From Dehalococcoidia bacterium (lineage in GTDB: Bacteria; Chloroflexota; Dehalococcoidia; Dehalococcoidales; JAUXAP01): DNA of 64,000 nucleotides. How positions within the stretch are numbered: the first letter of the stretch is position 1; each line of letters opens with the position of its first letter. Positions 1 through 9,363 of the stretch are shown piece by piece. The DNA lies in assembly GCA_030619865.1 (NCBI GenBank), contig JAUXAP010000001.1:2214-66213 (forward strand), read 5' to 3'. The notes below the pieces were generated by a model. That model saw nothing but the letters and a program-made list of their open reading frames with translations. It had not been told where the DNA came from and did not search any database. Position numbers and translations under genes: made by a program.

Positions 1-475
1 AACCATACTTGTTATAGAGATTCAGGGCAGCAGTATTGGAGGCACGTACCTCCAGGGTAATAAAATGAGCATTCAGCTCCATGACCAGCTCTATCACAGA
101 TATAAGTAACAACTCGCCTATCCCCTGGCGGCGGTGGAGTTTCCGCACTGAAACGCTGGTTATATGAGCCTCGCCAGCTATAATCCAGAAGCCAGCAAAA
201 CCGATAATATATTCTTTGCCTGATGAGGGCAGACCATTGCTGAAGAAACGGCAGTGGTTAAACCACCGCCTCACCCTAGACGCCAGCCCAGTGAAGCTCC
301 TATCTGAGGGAGCTTCCACCTTGGCTACCTCATCCGTTTTCCCTTTATCGCAGGCTACAATATAATGGGCTAGTCGATTTTGCAATTCACGCTTATAGTT
401 AACCGATGGCCATAGGGTAGGGAAGGCTTCACGGTCAATCTCAGTAACCTGGGCAACATCTTCCCGGCACATCAT
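1..475 (-). CDS. GNAT-family N-acetyltransferase, RimI-like; C-terminal end lies beyond the window edge
   Basis: My own reverse-strand translation from ATG at 475 (alternative GTG at 481) gives MMCREDVAQVTEIDREAFPTLWPSVNYKRELQNRLAHYIVA...ITSVSVRKLHRRQGIGELLLISVIELVMELNAHFITLEVRASNTAALNLYNKYG. The RRQGIG acetyl-CoA loop and LEVRxSNxxAxxLY are typical of RimI-type GNATs. It is absent from the ORF track because no stop codon lies in the window. Confidence 0.65.
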   Translation of the reverse strand, partial: MMCREDVAQVTEIDREAFPTLWPSVNYKRELQNRLAHYIVACDKGKTDEVAKVEAPSDRSFTGLASRVRRWFNHCRFFSNGLPSSGKEYIIGFAGFWIIAGEAHITSVSVRKLHRRQGIGELLLISVIELVMELNAHFITLEVRASNTAALNLYNKYG

Positions 476-687
476 GCGCACATAGTAAGACAAGCCTTCA
501 TCCCCTTAAAAAGTTTTTAATTCTGGACCTTCTGGAATTATTGTAACACATTCCATTTACCAACAATACACCTCGTTTAATTCAGATTAAAAACCTATCT
601 TTTAACCGCTTCCTTCGTTATACTATATGCACAGGGTAACACCCTGATTGCTAGCTAAACCGAGGTTTAGCTGACGGGGGTTGTCAG

Positions 688-1221
688 GTGCAAGATGAGG
701 AGAGCCTCGTTAGGCGAGCTCAACAGCGAGACCAAGAGGCTTTTGCCCAATTATATGAAGAGCACTTCGATAGGATTTATCGCTATGTGGCTCTTAAAAT
801 AGGAGACAAGACAGAGGCAGAAGATATGACGCAGCAGGTCTTTCTCAACGCACTCCAGTCCATCTCCTCTTTCAAGTGGAAGGGCACCCCCTTCTCGGCC
901 TGGCTATTTCGCATCGCCCATAACCAAGTGGTCGACTACCTGAGAAAGAAGACAAAGCACGCTGCTGCTCCTCTTGATGAAACACGGGCTAGCAGCGATA
1001 GCAATCCACAGCTAATGGCTGAGCACACCCTAGATATTGAGCAGCTACTTCAGGCAACCAAAAAGCTGACTAAAGCGCAGCAGGAGGTGATTTCCCTCCG
1101 TTTTGCCGGTGAGCTATCAATTGCCGAAGTAGCTAAGGTTATGGGCAAAAGCGAGGGGGCGGTAAAGGCACTACAACACAGTGCAATAGTAGCCCTGCGT
1201 AAAATACTATCGGTGACATGA
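688..1221 (+). CDS. ECF-type RNA polymerase sigma factor (sigma-70 family, regions 2 and 4)
   Basis: 177 aa. Region 2 reads FAQLYEEHFDRIYRYVALKIGDKTEAEDMTQQVFLNA and FSAWLFRIAHNQVVDYLRK. The region 4 HTH reads QQEVISLRFAGELSIAEVAKVMGKSEGAVKALQHSA. GTG start; 4-nt gap to the next ORF. Confidence 0.9.
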   Translation: MQDEESLVRRAQQRDQEAFAQLYEEHFDRIYRYVALKIGDKTEAEDMTQQVFLNALQSISSFKWKGTPFSAWLFRIAHNQVVDYLRKKTKHAAAPLDETRASSDSNPQLMAEHTLDIEQLLQATKKLTKAQQEVISLRFAGELSIAEVAKVMGKSEGAVKALQHSAIVALRKILSVT

Positions 1222-1225
1222 GGCA

Positions 1226-2050
1226 ATGAAGAAGAGCAGAGAATTTAATAATATTCTGGATGAATGTCTAGAGCGACTGTTAACTAAGGGCGAGACTATA
1301 GAGCAGTGCCTCCAGGACTTCCCTGAACAGGCTGATGAGCTTGAGCCATTGCTCCAGATGGCTCTGGCTACCAAGAAAGCAATAACCATTCAACCTCACC
1401 CCGAGTTCAGAGCCGAAGCCAGATACCAGTTCCTTTCAGCACTCCAGAGGAGAGAAGAGAAGAGAAGTCGCCCCTTCTTTGGCTTGCGACCGCGATGGGC
1501 ACCAGTAGTAGCCATAGTCCTTGCTCTTTTACTGGCTGGGGGAGGAACAGTAGCTGCCGCTGGCGGCAGTATGCCTGATGAACCTCTTTATCGGGTAAAG
1601 CTGGCAACAGAGCAGGTGCAACTGATATTAACCCCCTCGGCTTTAGGCAAAGCGGAGTTTTACGCTAGGCTGGCCGATAGAAGAGTATTTGAAATAGCTT
1701 ATATGGCAAGTAGAAATAAGCCCGAGCAAATAGAACAAACCGCCCATCGCCTCGATGATTACCTGGCCAAGATAGCGAGTTTAACCTCAACTCAGGAGGT
1801 AACGCGTGATGTCCTTATGGCACCGGCAGTTGAAGAAGCCCCATTAATGCCCAAGCGGGCCGAGGGGGCACGCATTGAAGTTAACCGTCGGGCTAGACTC
1901 AGGGCGACTATAATGCATTATGCTGTTAATCATCCTGAACGGCTCCGGGCCGTACTGGAAACAGCTCCAGAATCGGTCAGGTCTGCCATACTCCAAGCTA
2001 TTGCAATATCAACGAGAGGCTATGAGAAAGCCCTTGAGTCTTTAGACTAG
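1226..2050 (+). CDS. Putative anti-sigma factor, single-pass membrane protein (DUF5667-like)
   Basis: It directly follows the ECF sigma gene. It has an N-terminal cytoplasmic helical segment (ILDECLERLLTKGETIEQCLQDFPEQADELEPLL), one TM helix (WAPVVAIVLALLLAGGGTVAAA) and an extracytoplasmic helical domain. The family name is from memory; the role is inferred from position. Confidence 0.5.
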   Translation: MKKSREFNNILDECLERLLTKGETIEQCLQDFPEQADELEPLLQMALATKKAITIQPHPEFRAEARYQFLSALQRREEKRSRPFFGLRPRWAPVVAIVLALLLAGGGTVAAAGGSMPDEPLYRVKLATEQVQLILTPSALGKAEFYARLADRRVFEIAYMASRNKPEQIEQTAHRLDDYLAKIASLTSTQEVTRDVLMAPAVEEAPLMPKRAEGARIEVNRRARLRATIMHYAVNHPERLRAVLETAPESVRSAILQAIAISTRGYEKALESLD

Positions 2051-2084
2051 CCACAAAGCGAATCTTAAATATTTTAAGGTGACC

Positions 2085-2115
2085 GCTAACTAATTGGGAC
2101 CTTTTTCGTTATAAT
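2085..2115 (+). promoter_or_regulatory. Candidate ECF-type promoter (GCTAAC-N16-CGTTATAAT) upstream of the SIMPL gene
   Basis: AAC at 2088-2090, a 16-nt spacer, then CGTT at 2107-2110. About 32 nt are near-identical to the element at 3662-3692. It lies 33 nt upstream of ATG 2148. Confidence 0.35.
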
Positions 2116-2147
2116 AGTAGAAAGAAATTTGGTAAAGGAGGCAAATA

Positions 2148-2879
2148 ATGAAAAAACACTGGTTGCTGGCTATAAGTCTGGCATTGGTGCTGACAACGGT
2201 CGGTTTATATGGCTGTAGACAAGCCGTCAGCACCACCTCAAGCCAGCAGGAAGGCATTTGGGTCACTGGCGAGGGAGAAGTGTCTGTTACTCCGGACATT
2301 GCCAACCTAAGGTTAGGTATTGAAGCTCAGGCGGAAACTGTAAATGAGGCTCTAACCCAGGCGACTGAAGCTATGAACAAGGTGATGGACGCCCTGACCG
2401 ACAATGGGGTGGCCGAGAAAGATATTCAAACTCAATACTTTAACATTCATAAAATAACAAGATGGGATAGGGACAAGGAAGAAGAGGTCGTTATTGGTTA
2501 CAGGGTAACCAATATAGTAACGGCTAAGATAAGAGATATAGATAAGGCTGGCTCTATCATTGACGCTGTAGTTAAAGCTGGGGGAGACCTCACCCGCGTA
2601 GATAGCATCAGCTTTTCCGTGGATGACCCGACAGCCTACTATGAAGAAGCCAGAGCAAAGGCAATAGCTGATGCTAAGAGTAAAGCCGAGCAACTGGCTG
2701 AGCTGGCTGGAGTCACGTTAGGCAAGCCGACTTATATCTCTGAAGGAGGCATCCAGATGCCAACTCCACGGGTGATGGTAGAAGAAATGGTGCAGAAAGC
2801 AGCCGCACCGACACCAATTACCCCCGGGGAGATGGAGATTAGTCTTGCCGTTCAGATAGTCTATGCCATCTTGAAGTAA
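2148..2879 (+). CDS. SIMPL-domain (DUF541) lipoprotein
   Basis: 243 aa. Lipobox-like signal peptide (LVLTTVGLYGC). The core GEGEVSVTPDIANLRLGIEAQAETVNEALTQATEAMNKVMDAL...GYRVTNIVTAKIRDIDKAGSIIDAVVKAGGD matches the SIMPL/26-kDa periplasmic immunogenic protein family. SD AAAGGAGG lies upstream. Confidence 0.8.
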   Translation: MKKHWLLAISLALVLTTVGLYGCRQAVSTTSSQQEGIWVTGEGEVSVTPDIANLRLGIEAQAETVNEALTQATEAMNKVMDALTDNGVAEKDIQTQYFNIHKITRWDRDKEEEVVIGYRVTNIVTAKIRDIDKAGSIIDAVVKAGGDLTRVDSISFSVDDPTAYYEEARAKAIADAKSKAEQLAELAGVTLGKPTYISEGGIQMPTPRVMVEEMVQKAAAPTPITPGEMEISLAVQIVYAILK

Positions 2880-2981
2880 GGGATACATGTCTAAACAGAG
2901 GACGATAGCAAAGCATTATTTTTAGTGTTATAATGCATGAAACAAGACCCAGAAAAGGTTAATTAAGAGGAGGAGATTCCG

Positions 2982-3581
2982 ATGAGAAGGTCCTTGGTTC
3001 TGGCATTAATACTGGTGGTCGGCCTGATAGCTGGCTGTGCTGGTCAGGTACCGACCTACACCCTGACGGTAAGAAGTGCCGTTGGTGGTTCGTTATCTAC
3101 GTCCGGCATCCATATCTGTAATGAAGGTTCCGTGGTTGATATCCAGGCACCGATTGAAGAGGGACTCAGATTCAATGGCTGGACAGGTGATGTTGCAACT
3201 ATAGCCGATACTAATGCTGCCAGTACCACCATTACCATGAATGAAGACTGCACCATAACTGCCAACTTCCTTAAGATCTATACTGACGATGAGAAAGCGA
3301 TAGGTATTGACGTGAATCAGAAATTCATTATTGCTCTTGAGTCCAATCCCACCACTGGCTATAGCTGGCAAGAAAGCCTTGACGAAACTATGGTTGAGCT
3401 ACTAAAAAGTGAATATGAACCGGGTGAAGATGCTCAAAAGGGCGTGGCCGGAGCCGGCGGCAACGACCTTTTCTGGTTCAAGACGTTAAAGAAGGGTCTA
3501 ACCAAGATAACACTGGTCTACAAGCGACCCTGGGAAACAGAAATTGCCGAGCAGAAGGTATTTACAATTATTGTAAAGTGA
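2982..3581 (+). CDS. Lipoprotein with an N-terminal bacterial-repeat beta domain and a C-terminal chagasin-family (I42) cysteine peptidase inhibitor domain
   Basis: 199 aa. Lipobox LIAGC. The segment TYTLTVRSAVGGSLSTSG...EGSVVDIQAPIEEGLRFNGWTGD resembles the divergent InlB B-repeat type. The C-terminal half carries the hallmark NPTTGYSWQ motif of chagasin/ICP inhibitors. SD GAGGAGG lies upstream. Confidence 0.7.
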   Translation: MRRSLVLALILVVGLIAGCAGQVPTYTLTVRSAVGGSLSTSGIHICNEGSVVDIQAPIEEGLRFNGWTGDVATIADTNAASTTITMNEDCTITANFLKIYTDDEKAIGIDVNQKFIIALESNPTTGYSWQESLDETMVELLKSEYEPGEDAQKGVAGAGGNDLFWFKTLKKGLTKITLVYKRPWETEIAEQKVFTIIVK

Positions 3582-3661
3582 TACTTCACCTTACCTCCAC
3601 AAACTAGGCAAGGCTGATTAGCTTCACCACAAGCCAATTTTTCAAAAAACCTAAAACTACT

Positions 3662-3692
3662 GCTAACCAATCGGGGACTTTTTCGTTATATA
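3662..3692 (+). promoter_or_regulatory. Candidate ECF-type promoter (GCTAAC-N16-CGTTATATA) upstream of the 3712 gene
   Basis: AAC at 3665-3667, a 16-nt spacer, then CGTT at 3684-3687. Twelve of 16 spacer positions are identical to the 2085-2115 element. Confidence 0.35.
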
Positions 3693-3711
3693 TTAGTGGA
3701 GGTGATAAGAG

Positions 3712-4140
3712 ATGTCCAAAAAAGTAAAGGTTCTCGTTTCAGTATTGGTGGCAGTAGTCTTCTTAGCAGCGGGTAGCACAGCAATAGTGATGGCACAGGA
3801 AGAACCCGCCCCAGAGGAAACACCACAAGCAGAAGCCAATGGTCTGCTAACCAGAGTGGCCGAGATTCTAGAAATCGACGAGGAAGACTTAGTCAACGCC
3901 TTTAATCAGGCACGACAGGAGATGAGAGATGAGGCTTGCCTTAGATGGCTCGACAAAGCTGTAGAAAAGGGCCTCATTGATGAAGCTGAAGCTGAGGAAA
4001 TCAAAGGGTGGTGGGGACAGAAACCGGAGGCTTTTGACCACCTTTGTCCACGTGCCCGCATCTCTGCGGCAATACGTAGTCGGCAAATGTGGCAATCAAG
4101 GATGTTCTTCAAGCATGGCTGTCCTTTCAGTTCACCTTGA
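3712..4140 (+). CDS. Secreted or membrane-anchored helical acidic protein of unknown function
   Basis: 142 aa. N-terminal signal/TM (VLVSVLVAVVFLAAGSTAIVMA) followed by an E/A-rich helical region. SD GGAGGTG lies 7 nt upstream. I recognise no family with confidence (possibly DUF2680-like). Confidence 0.5.
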   Translation: MSKKVKVLVSVLVAVVFLAAGSTAIVMAQEEPAPEETPQAEANGLLTRVAEILEIDEEDLVNAFNQARQEMRDEACLRWLDKAVEKGLIDEAEAEEIKGWWGQKPEAFDHLCPRARISAAIRSRQMWQSRMFFKHGCPFSSP

Positions 4141-4182
4141 CCAGATAGATAAGTCAGACCGTCTACAACATGAATAAACACC

Positions 4183-4218
4183 AAGTGGGGCAAGCCTCGT
4201 AAGGGGCTTGCCCCACTT
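4183..4218. terminator. Bidirectional intrinsic-terminator-like hairpin between convergent genes
   Basis: AAGTGGGGCAAGCC (4183-4196), an 8-nt loop, then GGCTTGCCCCACTT (4205-4218). This is a perfect 14-bp GC-rich stem between the 3712 gene (+) and ruvB (-). Confidence 0.7.
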
Positions 4219-4251
4219 AATATTTAGTATACCGTTTCTTCCAAGTAAGAA

Positions 4252-5280
4252 CTACAACAGGGTTGGCTGCGGAGGTTTTTCTTTATTATAGGGCAGGCCG
4301 AGGTGCTGATAAGCCAGTTGAGTAGCTAACCGCCCACGAGGAGTGCGCTCTAGAAAGCCCAGTTGCAGAAGATAAGGCTCATAGACATCCATAATGGTAT
4401 CTGCCTCCTCACTGATGGAGGCAGCGATAGTATCCAGTCCCACCGGACCACCATTAAACTTGTCAATGATAGTATGTAACACCTTATGGTCTACCTCATC
4501 CAGACCTATAGAGTCAACTTCAAGCTTAGATAATGCCTCAACTGCCACTGGGTGGGTGGCTATACCATCTGCCATCACCTGAGCATAGTCTCTAACTCGT
4601 TTGAGCAATCGGTTAGCCACACGAGGTGTGCCTCTAGCCCGGCGAGCTATTTCCTCCAGCCCTCCAGTCTCTGCTTTTACCTGTAAAATGTTAGCCGAGC
4701 GTTTGAGTATTGCTTCTATAGATGCCTGGTCATAGAAATCGAGACGATAGACGGCACCAAACCGGTCTCGGAGGGGTGGGCTCAGTAAGGCAAAGCGAGT
4801 AGTAGCCCCAATCAGAGTGAAAGCGGGTAGGTTTAATCGCAGGCTTTTGGCACCAGGACCCTTGCCTATAATAATATCCAAAGCAAAGTCTTCCAGAGCT
4901 GGATATAATATTTCCTCCACTGCCCGGTTGAGGCGGTGGATTTCATCGATAAAGAGTATATCGTGACTACGGAGGTTAGTTAAGATAGCGGCCAGGTCTC
5001 CGGCGCGCTCTACTGCTGGACCCGAGGTAATCTTGATATTAACCCCCATCTCAGCGGCTATAATAAAAGCCAAAGTGGTCTTACCCAAACCAGGTGGACC
5101 GTAGAGGAGTATGTGATCCAGAGCCTCACCCCTGCCTTTAGCAGCAGCGATAGCTATATTCACATTGTCCTTGACCTTGGTCTGCCCCACGAAGTCATCG
5201 AGGCACCGTGGTCGCAGGCTGGTATCAAGTGGTATATCCTCGGTGCTGGGTTTACCCGATATAATGCGAGCTATTTTAAT
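4252..5280 (-). CDS. ruvB: Holliday junction branch migration helicase RuvB; the start codon is non-canonical or unresolved
   Basis: Walker [23 protein letters not shown], and a RuvB C-terminal winged-helix region. The track ORF starts at GTG 5190. However, the conserved RuvB N-terminus ([30 protein letters not shown]) is encoded in frame upstream with no ATG/GTG/TTG. The 5' end is set at ATT 5280, just after SD GGAGGTG (see finding). Confidence 0.85.
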   Translation of the reverse strand: MKIARIISGKPSTEDIPLDTSLRPRCLDDFVGQTKVKDNVNIAIAAAKGRGEALDHILLYGPPGLGKTTLAFIIAAEMGVNIKITSGPAVERAGDLAAILTNLRSHDILFIDEIHRLNRAVEEILYPALEDFALDIIIGKGPGAKSLRLNLPAFTLIGATTRFALLSPPLRDRFGAVYRLDFYDQASIEAILKRSANILQVKAETGGLEEIARRARGTPRVANRLLKRVRDYAQVMADGIATHPVAVEALSKLEVDSIGLDEVDHKVLHTIIDKFNGGPVGLDTIAASISEEADTIMDVYEPYLLQLGFLERTPRGRLATQLAYQHLGLPYNKEKPPQPTLL

Positions 5281-5418
5281 CCCACCTCCATTGATAAACG
5301 GCTTTATTATACCACATCTCCACCTGAGCCAGGATAAATCAGCTATAAAATAGAGTCGCCCTCATTAACATAGGGCGACCCCTCGCATTAAAGCAAACAA
5401 ATAACAGTGAAAGAGACC

Positions 5419-8400
5419 CTAGACGGCTAGCTCCCCTTCACTTTCTTCAATGGCTATAAGCTTTGTCTCTTCCTCCTCTTGCTCCTCACCGGCTACCAAC
5501 TCCGGTGGCTCTTCAGAGGCCGGATAGCGAGCCGGAATCAGTTTACCAATAATTACATTTTCCTTAAGCCCAATCAGTTTATCTATCTTGCCATAAACTG
5601 CAGCTTCGGTAAGCACCCTAGTTGTCTCCTGGAAGGAGGCAGCTGCCAGCCAGCTATCAGTGCTCAGCGAGGCTCTGGTTATACCCATTAAGACAGTGTG
5701 GGCGGTGGCTGGCTCACCCCCTTCAGCCAGTACCTTAGCATTAATGTCTTCGTAATGGAACCTGTCTCTCAACTCTCCGGGCACTAGTTCGGTATCACCT
5801 GAGGAATCAATACAAACCTTGGCCAGCATCCGATGGACGATAACTTCAATATGTTTGTCGTTTATATTCACCCCCTGAGAGCGGTATACCTTCTGTACCT
5901 CGTCTACTAGGTATTGCTGGACTGCCTCCTTACCTAATATACGCAATATATCCTGCGGGTTGATAGAGCCATCAGTAAGTTGCTGCCCTGCCTTTACTGG
6001 GTCCCCAGTTTGAACATGAATGTGTGTAGCCGCTGGAACAACATACTCCTGCTCCTCTGTTTCCTCATATTTGATAGATAACTGCCCATCTTCAATAGCT
6101 ACTTCACCAGCGACACGGGCTAAGATAGGTTGAGTTTCAGTAGTTAGGTCTTTCGATTTTAGTTTACCTTTTTTAGCTAGGTCTTTCGATTTTCGTTTGC
6201 CTTTTTTAGTCTTGGAAGTCTGAGAGGCTAATACTGCTCCTATATCCACCCACTGACCATTGTCCACCATAACTTGCCAACCAGAAGGCAGTGAATATTC
6301 GTCACGGAATACCTCAGAGCTAGTAACCTTAATCCTTTCCCCCTCCTCACTATGAATCACCTCAGCTACCCCGTCTATCTCTGAGATAATGGCTTGAGCC
6401 TTGGGTGATCTTGCCTCAAAGAGTTCTTCCACTCTGGGCAAACCACTAGTGATATCAAGCCCCACCACACCGCCGGTGTGAAAGGTGCGTAGAGTCAGCT
6501 GGGTGCCTGGCTCACCAATGCTCTGGGCAGCAATTATGCCTACTGCTGTGTTGAAGTCAACCAAATGCCGGCGGGCGAGATCACGGCCATAGCACCGCTG
6601 ACAGCAACCCTGCCTAGACTGACAGGTAAGGGGAGACCTGATATGAACCTTGGTTATCCCAGCAGCAACAATTTCATTTGCTTTCTCCTCGTCAATTTCC
6701 TCATTCCGATCAACGATGGTTTCTCTAGTTTGGGGGTTAACTATTTCGCTGGCAGCCAACCGACCAATTATTCGTTCAGCCAGTGGTGGCAGAAGTCCCC
6801 TTTCTTGTGGTTCAGAGAGCCATATACCCTCCCTAATCCCACAGTCCTCCTGGATCGTGATAACGTCCTGAGCAACATCAACGAGGCGCCTAGTAAGGTA
6901 ACCGCTATTTGAAGTCCGCAGGGCAGTATCAGCTAATCCCTTGCGGGCACCATGAGTAGACATAAAGTATTCCAAAACACTAAGCCCTTCACGGAGGCTA
7001 GACTTGATAGGAAAGTCCAGAATTCTACCTGAGGGACCAGTCATTAAGCCTCGCATACCTGCCATCTGCCTAATCTGGGAAATGTTTCCCTTGGCTCCTG
7101 ATGTTGCCATCATGTAAATATCACCGTAGCGGTTGAGGGTTTTGGAAATAGTATCGGTAATCCTATCAGTGGTTTCCATCCATACTTCTACGACACCATT
7201 ATATCTTTCGTCTTCAGTGATTAAGCCACGATTATACTGACTTTCAATAATAGCAATCCTTTCCTCTGCCTCTTCAAGAAGTTTAGGTTTGCTTTGAGGA
7301 ACCTCAATATCGCCCATAGCGATGGTAGCTCCCGATTTGGTAGCATAGTAGAAGCCCAGTTGTTTTAGGTCATCCAGCACCACCGCCATATCTTCATTAC
7401 TTAGTAGCTCATAGCAATCGGCTACTATTTGCTTTAAGTCTGACTTATCAATTACTTTGTTGTAGAAGCCCAACTCCGCAGGCAAAACCTCATTAAAGAT
7501 GATACGACCGACACTTGTTTTGACCCTTTGCCCGTTTTCCCCCTGGTCCCTGACTTCAATCTCAGATCTGAGGTCAATAGCACCAAGTTCATAGGCGAGT
7601 TTTGCCTCCTCAAAACTACCGAAAAGCATGCCTTCTCCCTTAGTTTTGGGTCTAAAAGTAGTTAGATAGTAACAACCGAGGACCATATCCAAGGTTGGGG
7701 TTACTATCGGCTCACCAGAAGATGGTAGCAGCATATTGTGGATGCTGAGCATCATCTCTCTAGCTCCTTTGACGGCAGCTTTAGACAAGGGGATATGAAC
7801 CCCCATTTGGTCACCATCAAAGTCAGCATTAAAAGCAGCACATACCAGTGGGTGAACCTGGATGGCACTACCATCAATGAGCACCGGCTCGAAGGCCTGA
7901 GTGCTAAGTCGGTGTAGGGTAGGCGCCCGATTAAGCAACACCGGTCGTTCCTTGACAACTTCCTCAAGTATGTCATATACCTCCGGCTTGGCCTTCTCCA
8001 CCAGACGGCGGGCACTCTTAATGTTGTGGGCAAGTCCCTGCGCCACCAGCTGGCGCATAACAAAAGGCTTAAATAGCTCCAAAGCCATCTGCCGTGGTAA
8101 ACCGCACTGGTGAAGTTTAAGCTCAGGGCCAACAACGATAACCGAACGCCCACTATAGTCAACCCGCTTACCCAGTAGATTTTGACGAAAGCGTCCCTGT
8201 TTACCTCGGAGCATGTCTGAGAGCGACTTTAATTTGTGATTACCACTGACAGAAATGGGGCGTCCCCTTCTTCCATTATCAATAAGGGAATCGACTGCTT
8301 CCTGGAGCATCCGTTTCTCGTTGCGGATGATAATTTCCGGTGCCCCTATTTCCAGCAAGTGACGCAATCGATTATTGCGGTTGAGGACTCGTCGGTACAG

Positions 8401-9363
8401 GTCATTAAGGTCACTGATAGCGAATCTGCCCCCATCTAGCTGAACCATAGGCCGCAGGTCAGGGGGTAGGACAGGCAACACAGTTAGAATCATCCATTCT
8501 GGTTTATTGCCGCTGCGATGAAAAGCCTCAACTACTTGTAGCTGCTTGCTTGCCTTCTTACGGCGTTGACCTGAAGTGGAATGGATTTCTTGGAGTAGCT
8601 TGTTACGCAGTTCACCAAGGTCAACACCCTTGATTAGTTGAAGAATAGCGTCCGCCCCCATCCCTGCCTCAAAAACCTGACCACATTTCTGTTTCATCTC
8701 CTGATACTGGTTCTCAGTAAGTAGCGCCCGCAGCTGAACGTCCTTTAGCTGTTCCACATCAGCGGAAAGCTGTTCTTCAAGCTGTGCCTTTTCCTCCTCC
8801 CAATTTCGCCGGAGCTGATTCACTTCTTCCACTGAAGCTTTCTTCATCTTTTTGATTTTAGCCTCAAGTGCCTTCTGGCGCTCAGTTATCTCCTGTGAGC
8901 TATTCTCTTCAAGTTGCTTAATTGCGTCCTGGCGCGCTTCCTCATCTATGGAAGTGACGATATAGTGGGAGAAGTATAGAATGCGCTCCAAGCTTCGTGG
9001 TGACAGGTCAAGCAGCAATCCCAATCGACTAGGTATACCCTTAGCAAACCAGATATGGCTCACCGGGCAGGCTAATTCTATATGTCCCATCCGTTCCCGG
9101 CGTACCTTAGCCCGAGCTACCTCGACGCCACACTTGTCGCAAATGACCCCCTTATAGCGTATCTTTTTATACTTACCACAAAAGCATTCAAAGTCTTTTG
9201 TCGGGCCAAAGATTCTCTCACAGAAAAGCCCGTCCCTTTCTGGCTTCAGAGTGCGATAGTTAATAGTCTCTGGCTTGGTTACCTCACCATAGGACCAACT
9301 TCTAATCTGCTCTGGCGAAGCCAGGGAGATACGGATAGCATCAAAATCGTTAACTTCAAGCAT
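5419..9363 (-). CDS. rpoC: DNA-directed RNA polymerase subunit beta-prime
   Basis: 1314 aa. It has the N-terminal zinc-ribbon CxC...CxxC region, the NADFDGDQM catalytic motif, and trigger-loop/bridge-helix regions. Its start overlaps the rpoB stop by 8 nt. Confidence 0.97.
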   Translation of the reverse strand: MLEVNDFDAIRISLASPEQIRSWSYGEVTKPETINYRTLKPERDGLFCERIFGPTKDFECFCGKYKKIRYKGVICDKCGVEVARAKVRRERMGHIELACPVSHIWFAKGIPSRLGLLLDLSPRSLERILYFSHYIVTSIDEEARQDAIKQLEENSSQEITERQKALEAKIKKMKKASVEEVNQLRRNWEEEKAQLEEQLSADVEQLKDVQLRALLTENQYQEMKQKCGQVFEAGMGADAILQLIKGVDLGELRNKLLQEIHSTSGQRRKKASKQLQVVEAFHRSGNKPEWMILTVLPVLPPDLRPMVQLDGGRFAISDLNDLYRRVLNRNNRLRHLLEIGAPEIIIRNEKRMLQEAVDSLIDNGRRGRPISVSGNHKLKSLSDMLRGKQGRFRQNLLGKRVDYSGRSVIVVGPELKLHQCGLPRQMALELFKPFVMRQLVAQGLAHNIKSARRLVEKAKPEVYDILEEVVKERPVLLNRAPTLHRLSTQAFEPVLIDGSAIQVHPLVCAAFNADFDGDQMGVHIPLSKAAVKGAREMMLSIHNMLLPSSGEPIVTPTLDMVLGCYYLTTFRPKTKGEGMLFGSFEEAKLAYELGAIDLRSEIEVRDQGENGQRVKTSVGRIIFNEVLPAELGFYNKVIDKSDLKQIVADCYELLSNEDMAVVLDDLKQLGFYYATKSGATIAMGDIEVPQSKPKLLEEAEERIAIIESQYNRGLITEDERYNGVVEVWMETTDRITDTISKTLNRYGDIYMMATSGAKGNISQIRQMAGMRGLMTGPSGRILDFPIKSSLREGLSVLEYFMSTHGARKGLADTALRTSNSGYLTRRLVDVAQDVITIQEDCGIREGIWLSEPQERGLLPPLAERIIGRLAASEIVNPQTRETIVDRNEEIDEEKANEIVAAGITKVHIRSPLTCQSRQGCCQRCYGRDLARRHLVDFNTAVGIIAAQSIGEPGTQLTLRTFHTGGVVGLDITSGLPRVEELFEARSPKAQAIISEIDGVAEVIHSEEGERIKVTSSEVFRDEYSLPSGWQVMVDNGQWVDIGAVLASQTSKTKKGKRKSKDLAKKGKLKSKDLTTETQPILARVAGEVAIEDGQLSIKYEETEEQEYVVPAATHIHVQTGDPVKAGQQLTDGSINPQDILRILGKEAVQQYLVDEVQKVYRSQGVNINDKHIEVIVHRMLAKVCIDSSGDTELVPGELRDRFHYEDINAKVLAEGGEPATAHTVLMGITRASLSTDSWLAAASFQETTRVLTEAAVYGKIDKLIGLKENVIIGKLIPARYPASEEPPELVAGEEQEEEETKLIAIEESEGELAV

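Noticed and set aside
653-687. Two adjacent small hairpins (AGCTAAAC/GTTTAGCT and CTGAC/GTCAG) in the leader of the ECF sigma gene, the second presenting GGGGG in its loop.
   Set aside because: The stems are short (8 and 5 bp) and there is no supporting conservation. This is too weak to call a regulatory element.
3661-3674. The 14-mer TGCTAACCAATCGG recurs at 15460-15473, upstream of the MetH-activation-domain-like gene.
   Set aside because: The second site lacks the downstream CGTTATA box. A handful of chance 14-mer matches is expected in 64 kb, so I do not treat it as a third promoter copy.
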